From Candidatus Sumerlaeia bacterium (GTDB taxonomy: Bacteria > Sumerlaeota > Sumerlaeia > SLMS01): DNA of 43,194 nucleotides. The stretch covers positions 1 to 43,194 of the forward strand of contig JBBQYG010000013.1 of assembly GCA_038208905.1 (NCBI GenBank), written 5' to 3'. This document shows, in pieces, positions 37,401-43,194 of the stretch. Both the position numbers and the translations under genes were made by a program. Below the pieces are notes generated by a model. That model searched no databases. It had not been told where the DNA came from and was given only the letters and a program-made list of their open reading frames with translations. Each line of letters begins with the position of its first letter. The stretch's first letter is position 1.

Positions 37401-37819
37401 TTCCAGCCGGGCGAAAACCCAAGTTGGCTGGCGTCGCCGATGCTGTTTACGTTCTCGATCAACGCCCCGGAGTAGCTGACCGCCACGCCAGACCGGGTGT
37501 ATCCGCCGATGGTGCCGAGGGAATCGCGCATCCGAAACTGATAGGCCGCAATGCGATCATCGAGGCCGAAGATCCCGCGTAAGTCGTTGGTCGGATGAGG
37601 ATCGCCGCCATCCTTTTGCTGGATGGACTCCCAGGCGAACTCCACACGGTCGGGGGCGCCAGCGGCGCGAGAGGGTCCGTTCCAGTAGTTGGGCTGGTGA
37701 ACGTGCCAGTGCCACGACATCTGGGGGCGTGTGGTGGGCTGGGCAAAGGCGACACCTGCCGAGGTGGAAATCAGGACGGATGCGGCGGTGCCCAGCGAGT
37801 AGGAGCTCAGTCGTTTCAT
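31499..37819 (-). CDS. Giant secreted alpha-glucan-active enzyme (~2106 aa) with two GH57/GH119-type domains, a starch-binding CBM, Thr/Pro linkers and a dockerin-like tail
   Basis: Signal peptide MKRLSSYSLGTAASVLISTSAGVAFA (ATG 37819). Domain 1: HWHVHQP, FFPTEMAF, SHDGDN. CBM-like VAITYDP...HLGKNNW...WDNNGGGDW. Domain 2: VLHGNQ, FWIPERV, TILDQ, FDDWEAYAG. Tail DRNGDSLVDAGD. Confidence 0.88.
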   Translation of the reverse strand: MKRLSSYSLGTAASVLISTSAGVAFAQPTTRPQMSWHWHVHQPNYWNGPSRAAGAPDRVEFAWESIQQKDGGDPHPTNDLRGIFGLDDRIAAYQFRMRDSLGTIGGYTRSGVAVSYSGALIENVNSIGDASQLGFSPGWNGALNQANDWTTASGYKRLEFTNFSAHHGLLALLPAETSSMSIRLQQEILKREFGADSISKGFFPTEMAFSTRLIPILKDLGIEWSIVSGEHIARACPDFPVVLGSGGVGCDPPNSADQINPAGVEFIRETIQRGCSPVNANPLSYQPSYMKRVNPETGVEDFLIAVPADQATGWLEGYGPIGTNFLQRLEARNNPAQPSLVLMSHDGDNAYAGGFSYYMENVSALANSANALGNGVTSIQQYLHDFPPSAAKVIHVEDGAWVNADGDFGSPSFINWNYPLLDASGNHDPVNGWHEKVREMAIFVAAEQRILAAEKVTPAYTRNMAKIMTPDAGTHPIDRAWHYHLASFDSGNVYYGTVEDFEIKGTLGANEVARLVDPIIAGGSADATKPTVWVPQRFPWNPGSLNFGVAYAGNATLYPGRQYINNGDFHIWTFVSDTAGPVDAVLKYRIDADGANPLSTNQNETFAGGAEVGSWVSLPMAGREFPMTNIYGKGGLDYFILPNHIARHYSAPITGLRSVLIDYYVEATDSTGNVTKSDIQHVYIGDGSGSTGGGGGTVVVAEPNPPVRGEQVAITYDPAGRPLASSPEVHIHLGKNNWVGGAQTPRPAMILSGDKWTHTFTVDPDALDLKMVFTTAGTGNAGQWDNNGGGDWTFVTTGDPVATPTVAPDANPFAMDGTLDSNACDVDGTGRLYVAEANGWLYIAANGSLPNDHFVYLSPDPTTLINVNWAKAGQVGTWSHFLAVEGNGGNFSSWYGATQNQLADSAASYVHARNGVFVEGAIRKNLVGTGSAFVALGIYGTNDAGALQIQSPPTQNGNGNIDGTEFVEVVTGVSLCTAASPTPSLTATTPPPTTTTPASTTAPTTPPPSATPTVTPPPASRRITIGPGDQIGETAGQVFFEELQDWEYGDCRAIDAYGDSVNLGGGENARDLVSFSSFDDDEAGTFYMRADFFDLFLEAENSVLDLYVLMDFGTPTVGATAWPDGVNGAVAEQWDLSLALYSGQFWNIRAANGNVLSSQDSNALRFRGAYYRSDLDAVELGIDRALLTENGWDGVSSINFQIGTTRDFNPALADRLPDSGSIASTSSCPTAKFAYVLHGNQAISPADYIQQLVHNTTVTTPGGNPTGYRRALESARIFGAAPNIHVSATLLSSAMWAAKADPDAPDDGPSFVREIADFLDGDSTNGEGAVIWGVYSEHIMPFFEGTMNQDSIALNDDYLQSVLGIGPPTDSALFWIPERVARGRTFADLVATGYRFTILDQIDHLRKWYGAAAEQAGKYKINRINGVGAFMINDDADRFKFANSDGGLWFDTRRTLIDLARSGDQEQVLLVFDDWEAYAGRSFLSFNQGTDNPDNFNTNIRWLANKPWIEIVTLEDVASRGWTPIDRGDNIDLPFESYDFLNFATQGNYQNWYHGNSIEEDFDGFAPWIRQDLNSRGTKPFGALTTYAATAGRQTTSGPGTIAQDVFDSVYGPGIDNPLRRLARIGYSTATFETAWHDETDAERCPDGTYNCRTDNGPDAIAQFAKDQQFHNLRKVGLLTRAAQWASSSPAAVSVSMMSDIDHDSEMEFLLFNDRVFAVFENDGGRLILLVGRNPSTGQVAVLGGNLVGFPDRDDEWETDADVGARRISILHDRWAETAQTSQYVNDVRTVFIDDALPGGGPGGSTVSFASGDGKISRTVVLRDGSAALHVNYQLNPDRGRLYIRNGLVGDLLNVLETGQSALSFTSDATRAELRNTTTNAAVAVEFGTAQFNPAAGDGTTNTPRNLAKTHQVEVSGTGTFGFSITLDVNGSGAISSPSPSATPIVTASATATASISATASPTASPSPSSSATATLPPTESPTSSATPSATITGTATPSATATSTPEPTESATASPTGTTLTTSPSPTDTATPTASSTPQPSSTTGPSATAQPPTASATSPVTVTPTTTGATARQIIDALTGRIASNATFDRNGDSLVDAGDIRDP
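31600..32020 (-). repeat. Low-complexity Thr/Pro/Ser/Ala-rich linker (~140 aa) within the giant enzyme
   Basis: Translation SPSPSATPIVTASATAT...PTASATSPVTVTPTTT. A second, shorter linker lies at about 34760-34890. The DNA is not a perfect tandem repeat. Confidence 0.85.
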
Positions 37820-37868
37820 AGGATTGCGGAATCCCGGCGATGGTTTGCTTGGTTGGGGGCTGCGACTT

Positions 37869-37886
37869 TGTGCAAATCTTTGCACA
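37869..37886. promoter_or_regulatory. 18-bp palindrome, LacI-family operator-like
   Basis: TGTGCAAA-TC-TTTGCACA, about 50 nt upstream of the glycoside hydrolase start codon. Confidence 0.7.
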
Positions 37887-37901
37887 GCCAATAGTGGATC
37901 C

Positions 37902-37930
37902 ATGCAATCATCGGAAGTCAGTCCTGTCAA
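37902..37930 (-). promoter_or_regulatory. Putative sigma70 promoter of the giant glycoside hydrolase gene
   Basis: Minus strand TTGACA (37930-37925), 17-nt spacer ending TGA, then TTGCAT (37907-37902). Perfect -35, weak -10. Confidence 0.5.
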
Positions 37931-37962
37931 TGGGGTTGGATGACTATGCGCATGAAGCATGA

Positions 37963-37981
37963 TTTGCGCGGATTTGCACAA
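37963..37981. promoter_or_regulatory. Second (auxiliary) operator-like site
   Basis: TTTGCGCG-GA-TTTGCACAA. GATTTGCACAA (37971-37981) is the exact reverse complement of TTGTGCAAATC (37868-37878). Confidence 0.5.
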
Positions 37982-38151
37982 GCCGGGTCCTGGATTCGGG
38001 GCGCCACGGCGGCTGCCCATTTCCGTGGACCCGATGGCGTGTGTGCAGGTCCATCAGCAGGCGCTGATCGGGCCGTGATGCTCGACTTCGCAGTCGCGCT
38101 GTGGATTGCTTCACAAGTCCAATGGCAACGCCCACCCGGGTCTCGTGATCA

Positions 38152-38700
38152 ATGCAGATTTACAGCCGTGCGAATTCCCTGCCTTTCCTGACGCTGGGCA
38201 TAGCTCTTACGGGCGGTGTCCTCGCGGGCCCGCAACCCACGCCCACCTGCGCGCCCAGTACTCCCGAGTACCCGCCGATTGCGGAGTTGCGATACGGATT
38301 CGCGTACTTCGGCCGGGAAGAGTTTGATTTGGAGATCGTCTTCGGCGAGTATGCGGGTTCCTGCGGGCTGCGCCCGGAGCCCGATCCCGTGGTGGCGGAG
38401 TGCGTTGGGGCCGAGTTGCCGTGCCTGATCGATGGCGCAGTTACTTGGAACTCGCGACTGCCGGGTGATCGGCTGCGCTTCCAAGCGGCTGGGCCGGGGA
38501 TTGCAGTGTTCGAGATCATACCGCATCCGGACTTCCGGCGGAACGATCCCGATGAGCCGGGTATCTTTGCGGCGATTAGGGTCTTCGCCCTGGCTTCGGA
38601 GCTTAATAGCGCCGCACTCCGAGGCGATGCGTTGGTGCCTGCGGGCCGCGACCTCAACGGCGATGGAATCGTGGATGCTGCCGACTTGATGTTTGATTAA
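38152..38700 (+). CDS. Secreted hypothetical protein with a C-terminal dockerin-like Ca-binding motif
   Basis: Signal-like N-terminus (LPFLTLGIALTGGVLA), four Cys, ends LRGDALVPAGRDLNGDGIVDAADLMFD. Confidence 0.7.
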   Translation: MQIYSRANSLPFLTLGIALTGGVLAGPQPTPTCAPSTPEYPPIAELRYGFAYFGREEFDLEIVFGEYAGSCGLRPEPDPVVAECVGAELPCLIDGAVTWNSRLPGDRLRFQAAGPGIAVFEIIPHPDFRRNDPDEPGIFAAIRVFALASELNSAALRGDALVPAGRDLNGDGIVDAADLMFD

Positions 38701-38736
38701 CTTCAACGGTTCATCCCTCATCCCTTATCCCTGCCT

Positions 38737-39603
38737 CTACATTTCCCAGGGCTTCAGCAAGTCCTTGATCGTCCGATTGTAGCGGACGCTGTCCATGCGT
38801 TCCTTCTCCGAGGAACTCTCGTGGACTTGGAGGTCCTTCCATGTGCGGGGCTTGGAGGACTTGTTGTCGGCGGCGGCTTCGTCGCGGCGAGTTTCGAAGG
38901 AGAGGATGACATCATAGAGGCTGTTTGCGAGGAGCGCCGTGCCGGAGAATCCGAAGACCAGAAACCCCGCCATGCGGAGGAGCAGTCCGCCAATGAGGGA
39001 CAAAAGAATCAGCACAAACACGGCGCCAAGCACGGTGCCCGGATACTTGATCAGAATCGCGAGGCTGATGCGGAAGACGCGGCGGATGGCAGGCTGGGGC
39101 TCCGCGAGGAGAGGAAGCGCGGGGAGCAGCGTGATAGCGACGAGCACCGCGGCCCAGAAGCAGAGCCCCGCCGCCAGGTATCCGGGAATCCGCATCGCAT
39201 CGGGGAGGCGTCCGCTGAAGACATAGAACCATGCGTTGAAGAGGAGCACGGCAATCGCCGCGAACATCACCAGGAAATAGCGCCACGCCGGGAGAAACAG
39301 ACGGAACAGGCCGCGGCGGAATTCCGCGAAGTTGGGGTCCTTCTCCGCCGAGACTAGCCGTGCGAAGTGCGCCAGCGGCGCGACCCACAGCGCCATCCAG
39401 ATCGGCCCGATCACAACAATCGCCCCGAGCAGCGTGGCCACCGCGAGCAGTGGCGTGGCGGCGGAGACGAACGCCGCGATGATGATGCCGATATACAGCA
39501 GCGCGCCACCGAGCAGGAGCGCCAGAAGCACGTTGATTGCGATCAGCCGACCCAGATGGTCGTAGGAATCCCAGAGCCATTGCTTGAGGACTTGGCCGAT
39601 CAT
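38737..39603 (-). CDS. Integral membrane protein, DUF624/YesL-like
   Basis: WDSYDHLGRLIAINVLL start, about six TM segments, charged C-terminal tail; in apparent operon with the CBS/CorC genes. Confidence 0.65.
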   Translation of the reverse strand: MIGQVLKQWLWDSYDHLGRLIAINVLLALLLGGALLYIGIIIAAFVSAATPLLAVATLLGAIVVIGPIWMALWVAPLAHFARLVSAEKDPNFAEFRRGLFRLFLPAWRYFLVMFAAIAVLLFNAWFYVFSGRLPDAMRIPGYLAAGLCFWAAVLVAITLLPALPLLAEPQPAIRRVFRISLAILIKYPGTVLGAVFVLILLSLIGGLLLRMAGFLVFGFSGTALLANSLYDVILSFETRRDEAAADNKSSKPRTWKDLQVHESSSEKERMDSVRYNRTIKDLLKPWEM

Positions 39604-39610
39604 CGGAAGG

Positions 39611-40993
39611 TCAGGAGTCGGGCGAAGGGATGAAGTCGCCTGGCGGCGTCAGGCGGACCTTGCGGATGCGGTGGCGGTCGAGCTGGAGGACTTCGATCTG
39701 CCAGTCCTGCTCGTCGATGCTCTCTCCGCGGCGAGGCACGCGGCCGAGCCGGCGATAGATGAATCCCGCAAGCGTGTCGCAGTTGTCCTTCTCGAGCACG
39801 AGTCCCACGGCCTCGGCCAGATCGTCGAGGTCGATGGACGCATCGGCGACCCAGTGGTCCCGCTTCTTCTCGAGCTTGATGCCCTCGGGCCGGTCGTACT
39901 CGTCCATGATCTCGCCGGTTAGTTCCTCGATGATATCCTCGCGGGAAAGCAAGCCGCTGCATCCGCCAAACTCGTCGAAGCAGATGACGATCTGGGAACG
40001 GAGGCGCAGCATCTCCTGAAGGGCTTCGTCCACGCGGGCGATCTCGGGGATGAAGGGAGCGGTGTGGACGAGCTTTCGGAAATCCGTCGGCGGCACGGCG
40101 GTCTCCAGGAAGTCGTGGACATACAAATAGCCGATGAGATTCGTGATCTGGTCATAGTAGCAAGGGAACCGCGTATAGCCCTTCTTGCGGGCGACGGCGA
40201 GGAACTTTTCAGGGGTAAGATTGACGAGCGACACGGCCGTGACGTTGTTGAGGGGGCGCATGACCTCTCGCACCAGGGTGCGATCCATGCGCTGGATGGC
40301 GCGGACCATTTCGCGTTCCAGGCGCTTCTCGCGCGATTCCCCGGTATCGGCGGCGGATTTATCGGCGCGCGCGGCGCCGAGTTCCTCCTCCCCCACCGCA
40401 AGGAGGATCTGGTGGTCGCGCTCGACAAGATAGGCCTGTTGACGATTGGGAATCAGGCGCGAGGAGAACCACTCTCCGCCGCGCAGAACCCAGTCCCACA
40501 GGATGCCGCCAGTCGCGACGAGCGCGGGGATGGCGCGGTTCTTTTCGGCTAGCCACGGCGGGAGGCCATCCCGCGTGGAGGGCCGGGCCGGATCATAGAA
40601 CCCGCGCATGTGGGCGACGTTGAAAATACCAAACAGCAGGCCAACGATCGCGGCGATGCCCGAGAGGGAGAGAACTTCCGCAAGCGTCGGCGAGTTGGCG
40701 ACGAAATCGGGCGCGATGCGACGAAGAACCACGTCGCAAAGGATGATCAGCGGGGGCGCCACCATGAGCACCGACGCCAGCCGGGCGAGGCGCGCGGCGC
40801 TGAGCGCGACCACCGTGCGGTCGATCATGGTCTCGCGGATTGTGGAGTTGTCGTCGTCCTCGCCGGGGCGGCAGAGGAAGTCCCAGGCAAAGGCCAGATG
40901 GCGAGCCTCGAATCGCGCGGTGACCAGACGCAGGAGCACGCCAATGCCGAGAACGAGCAGGAGCGAAACGAGGAGGGGAGTATCCACCGCCAC
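39611..40993 (-). CDS. CNNM/hemolysin-family protein (divergent membrane domain + CBS pair + CorC_HlyC)
   Basis: VREVMRP, GYTRFPCY, DEFGGCSGLLSREDIIEELTGEIMDEYD, DTLAGFI..LGRVP. Confidence 0.88.
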   Translation of the reverse strand: MAVDTPLLVSLLLVLGIGVLLRLVTARFEARHLAFAWDFLCRPGEDDDNSTIRETMIDRTVVALSAARLARLASVLMVAPPLIILCDVVLRRIAPDFVANSPTLAEVLSLSGIAAIVGLLFGIFNVAHMRGFYDPARPSTRDGLPPWLAEKNRAIPALVATGGILWDWVLRGGEWFSSRLIPNRQQAYLVERDHQILLAVGEEELGAARADKSAADTGESREKRLEREMVRAIQRMDRTLVREVMRPLNNVTAVSLVNLTPEKFLAVARKKGYTRFPCYYDQITNLIGYLYVHDFLETAVPPTDFRKLVHTAPFIPEIARVDEALQEMLRLRSQIVICFDEFGGCSGLLSREDIIEELTGEIMDEYDRPEGIKLEKKRDHWVADASIDLDDLAEAVGLVLEKDNCDTLAGFIYRRLGRVPRRGESIDEQDWQIEVLQLDRHRIRKVRLTPPGDFIPSPDS

Positions 40994-42429
40994 TATTCCT
41001 TCTCCCCCGCAGAAGCGGGCTCGGCGGCCTCGAACTCGATCGTCACCACCTCCACGCGGTTGTCGCGGGCCTCGTCAACCCGGATGCGAATGGGTCCGAT
41101 TCTGACTTCGTCGCCATTCTCAGGCATTCGCGCGAGGTGATGAAAGACCACGCCACCGATCGTGCGGGCGGTCTCTTCGTCGAGTTCGAGGTCCAGCTCC
41201 TCGTTCAGCTCCCAGATTTCGACGCGACCGTTCAGGCGATAGGTCTTGTCGTCGAGCTTCTCGATCCACAGCTCCCCTTCGTCCTCAACGTCCTGGATAT
41301 GGCCTACGATCACTTCGAGGAGATCATGCAGCGTCACGATGCCCGACATGCCGCCGTACTCGTCGATGACGACAACGAGATGAGTGCGGTTCTCGCGGAT
41401 CATCTGGAGCAGTTCGGGAAGGCGGGCGCTCTCGGGCGCGATCAACGTCTGGCGAAGATACGGTGGCTTGAGTGGTTCCTTGGGGCGCTGGAGCAGGATT
41501 TCCTTCGCAAGCACGGTTCCCACGACATTGTCGAGGGAGCCGTGGTACACCACCAGGCGGCTATACACCGTCTTGCGCAGGCGGTCGTAGACTTCCGCGG
41601 GGGAAAGGTCGTCGGGGATACCCTCGACCTCCGTGCGCGGGGTCATCACTTCCTCGGCGGTCGTGGCGACGAAGTCGCGGACGGAGTCGATCATCTCGAA
41701 GGCGTCCTCGTCCAGGACGCGCTCGATCCCCTTGAGGCTCGGCAGCAGGCGCAGATGGCGGTCGGCCAGGGCGGCGGGATTGCTGCCCGGCGGAACCCCG
41801 GCGGGAAAAAGCCAGCTTGGCAGCATCAGCAGGCGGAATGGCTGGGAGAGAACAGCAGCCACCGGCACGGACCCGCGAAAGAAGACGAGCGGCCGGGCGA
41901 GCGCCTGGTTGCGGCAGATCACCTCGACCACGAAAAGTTGCAGGGTAAAGGCCACCACCATGCCCGCCACGGCGCCCAACGCCGGGATCCACGGGATGGC
42001 GCCGATGCCGATTCGCGCGAGTGCGAGCGCCAGCAGGATCAGCATGAAGAGCGCCCCCGTCGCCAACTGCTGCTCCAGGCGGCTCGACTTGCGCAGGTAG
42101 CCCGCCATGTGGCGGGAGACCATGTCCTCGCCCTCCAGGATTTCCTCGCAGGACTTCGGCCCCAACGCCGCAAGCGACGTCTGGGCGATGGTGAACAGGC
42201 AGTTCATCAGCAGCGCCAGAAGCGCCAGCAAAGCCGCCACCACGGCGGACGACGTGACAACGACGGGCACAACGATGCCCTCGCCTTCCGTCGCCGCCAC
42301 CGCCCCGGCCGCGAGGGCCAGAAGCGCGGGAACCGCGATCGCTACGAGACGGCGTGATTGGGCTTGGTCGGGGTCCAACTTGGCGTTTCGGGCCTTACTG
42401 CTGGCCTCTGGGGGAATGGGGAGCGGCAC
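40993..42429 (-). CDS. CNNM/hemolysin-family protein (DUF21 + CBS pair + CorC_HlyC)
   Basis: TM region, AEEVMTPR, YSRLVVY, VIDEYGGMSGIVTLHDLLEVIVG, TIGGVVF. 1-nt overlap with the next gene; start codon uncertain. Confidence 0.9.
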   Translation of the reverse strand: MPLPIPPEASSKARNAKLDPDQAQSRRLVAIAVPALLALAAGAVAATEGEGIVVPVVVTSSAVVAALLALLALLMNCLFTIAQTSLAALGPKSCEEILEGEDMVSRHMAGYLRKSSRLEQQLATGALFMLILLALALARIGIGAIPWIPALGAVAGMVVAFTLQLFVVEVICRNQALARPLVFFRGSVPVAAVLSQPFRLLMLPSWLFPAGVPPGSNPAALADRHLRLLPSLKGIERVLDEDAFEMIDSVRDFVATTAEEVMTPRTEVEGIPDDLSPAEVYDRLRKTVYSRLVVYHGSLDNVVGTVLAKEILLQRPKEPLKPPYLRQTLIAPESARLPELLQMIRENRTHLVVVIDEYGGMSGIVTLHDLLEVIVGHIQDVEDEGELWIEKLDDKTYRLNGRVEIWELNEELDLELDEETARTIGGVVFHHLARMPENGDEVRIGPIRIRVDEARDNRVEVVTIEFEAAEPASAGEKE

Positions 42430-42567
42430 CGCCGGGGCGCCGACAGCCCGTGTCGTTCCTGCGTGTTGGGAGCTAAAGGTTTCCCGACGGGGTCAATCAA
42501 GGGAAGATTGGCGGGCGGGGGGAACCGCGAAGCTCCTCCACGCCCGCAAGACACCGGTGCATCGGCC

Positions 42568-43194
42568 CTATTCGGGGAGGATCCCCATCCCCGCCAGCAC
42601 CAGATCGGCGGCATCGATGGTGCCGTCGCCATTTCGGTCCTGCCTCATCGAAAGCGCACCATGGCATCCCTCAATCAGCGACATGTTGACCGCCGCCGTC
42701 AGGATGCCTTGGGTCCCCACGAAATCGCCGATTCCATAGCCCGGGCGCTGCGACTCGGGATCAGGCATCAGCAACGGACGATAGAGCCACCAGGTATGTG
42801 TGGAGATGTCCAGCTCCAGGCACTCGGGGAAGTATCCCTCCAACTCGATGCAGATCAGCAGGCTGTCGGTCCCCAGCTCCTCGCCGAGGTAGTGGGAATA
42901 GGGTAGGTGGTCCGACTGCTCGAGTTCGCCCCAGCGCACCAATGCGAGGGCGCCGGGCAGATTGCCGGGGACTCCGTCGGTGTAGGGAAATACGAAGTCG
43001 GGCGGAGCGCCGGGGAGGGGGGTCGAGGTCAGGTACACCGTCGTCGTGCTGGCGCGGTCCCGCTCCGAGAAGGGGAGCGCGTTCAGGCTGGTGGCGAGCC
43101 CGGGGTGCGTCTTCGACTCCCCGATGTAAGGAATAACGCTTACATAAGATAGCGTCAGGGTGGGGGAAGCATCCAGGCGACGGGGCCGGGCGCC
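42568..43194 (-). CDS. Hypothetical protein with a C-terminal dockerin-like motif; 5' end lies beyond the window
   Basis: The frame of the 42568-43038 ORF stays open to 43194 (GARPRRLDASPTLTLSYVSV...). Ends QDRNGDGTIDAADLVLAGMGILPE. Confidence 0.7.
   Translation of the reverse strand, partial: GARPRRLDASPTLTLSYVSVIPYIGESKTHPGLATSLNALPFSERDRASTTTVYLTSTPLPGAPPDFVFPYTDGVPGNLPGALALVRWGELEQSDHLPYSHYLGEELGTDSLLICIELEGYFPECLELDISTHTWWLYRPLLMPDPESQRPGYGIGDFVGTQGILTAAVNMSLIEGCHGALSMRQDRNGDGTIDAADLVLAGMGILPE

Noticed and set aside
35546-37582. 678-aa plus-strand ORF, and other long antisense ORFs such as 3182-4378, 15500-16714, 20386-21576, 27213-28280 and 41137-42357
   Set aside because: They lie fully opposite well-supported genes, have no recognisable motifs, and are the expected stop-poor shadows of high-GC coding sequence.
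37820-38020. N-terminal extension of the 2173-aa ORF to 38020 (likewise the 9980, 28445, 28380, 20140 and 30243 starts in the ORF track)
   Set aside because: Signal peptides, RBS positions and family N-termini support later starts. This stretch holds promoter and operator-like elements instead.
1-43194. tRNA/rRNA genes, transposases, integrases, prophage, defence systems
   Set aside because: No recognisable signatures; intergenic gaps are short and accounted for. This was checked by eye only, so small RNAs could be missed.

Overview
GC-rich bacterial chromosomal segment with about 27 protein-coding genes. No rRNA, tRNA, CRISPR array or mobile element was recognised. Housekeeping genes (UbiD/MqnL-type decarboxylase, gmk, coaBC, cimA, thrB, acnA, hemW, a FabF-like synthase, a TlpA-like thioredoxin, a PilB/GspE ATPase and two CNNM/CorC-family proteins) are interleaved with large secreted multidomain enzymes. 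The main points of interest are four. (i) A ~2100-aa secreted alpha-glucan enzyme carries two different GH57/GH119-type catalytic domains, a starch-binding module and Thr/Pro linkers; upstream are a TTGACA promoter and a pair of LacI-type operator-like sites 94 bp apart. (ii) Three unrelated proteins end in the same 'helix + DxNGDxxxDAxD' half-dockerin tail, and a fourth ends in a short Trp-containing tail; these are candidate surface-sorting signals. (iii) A divergent cluster encodes secreted phosphoesterase, M14 peptidase and NAGPA enzymes. (iv) A Zn-hydrolase-like domain is fused to a non-catalytic FGE domain. The protein tails remind me of Candidatus Sumerlaeota (BRC1), but that placement is recall-based inference and untested. 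All family calls come from motif recognition by eye, not from database searches.
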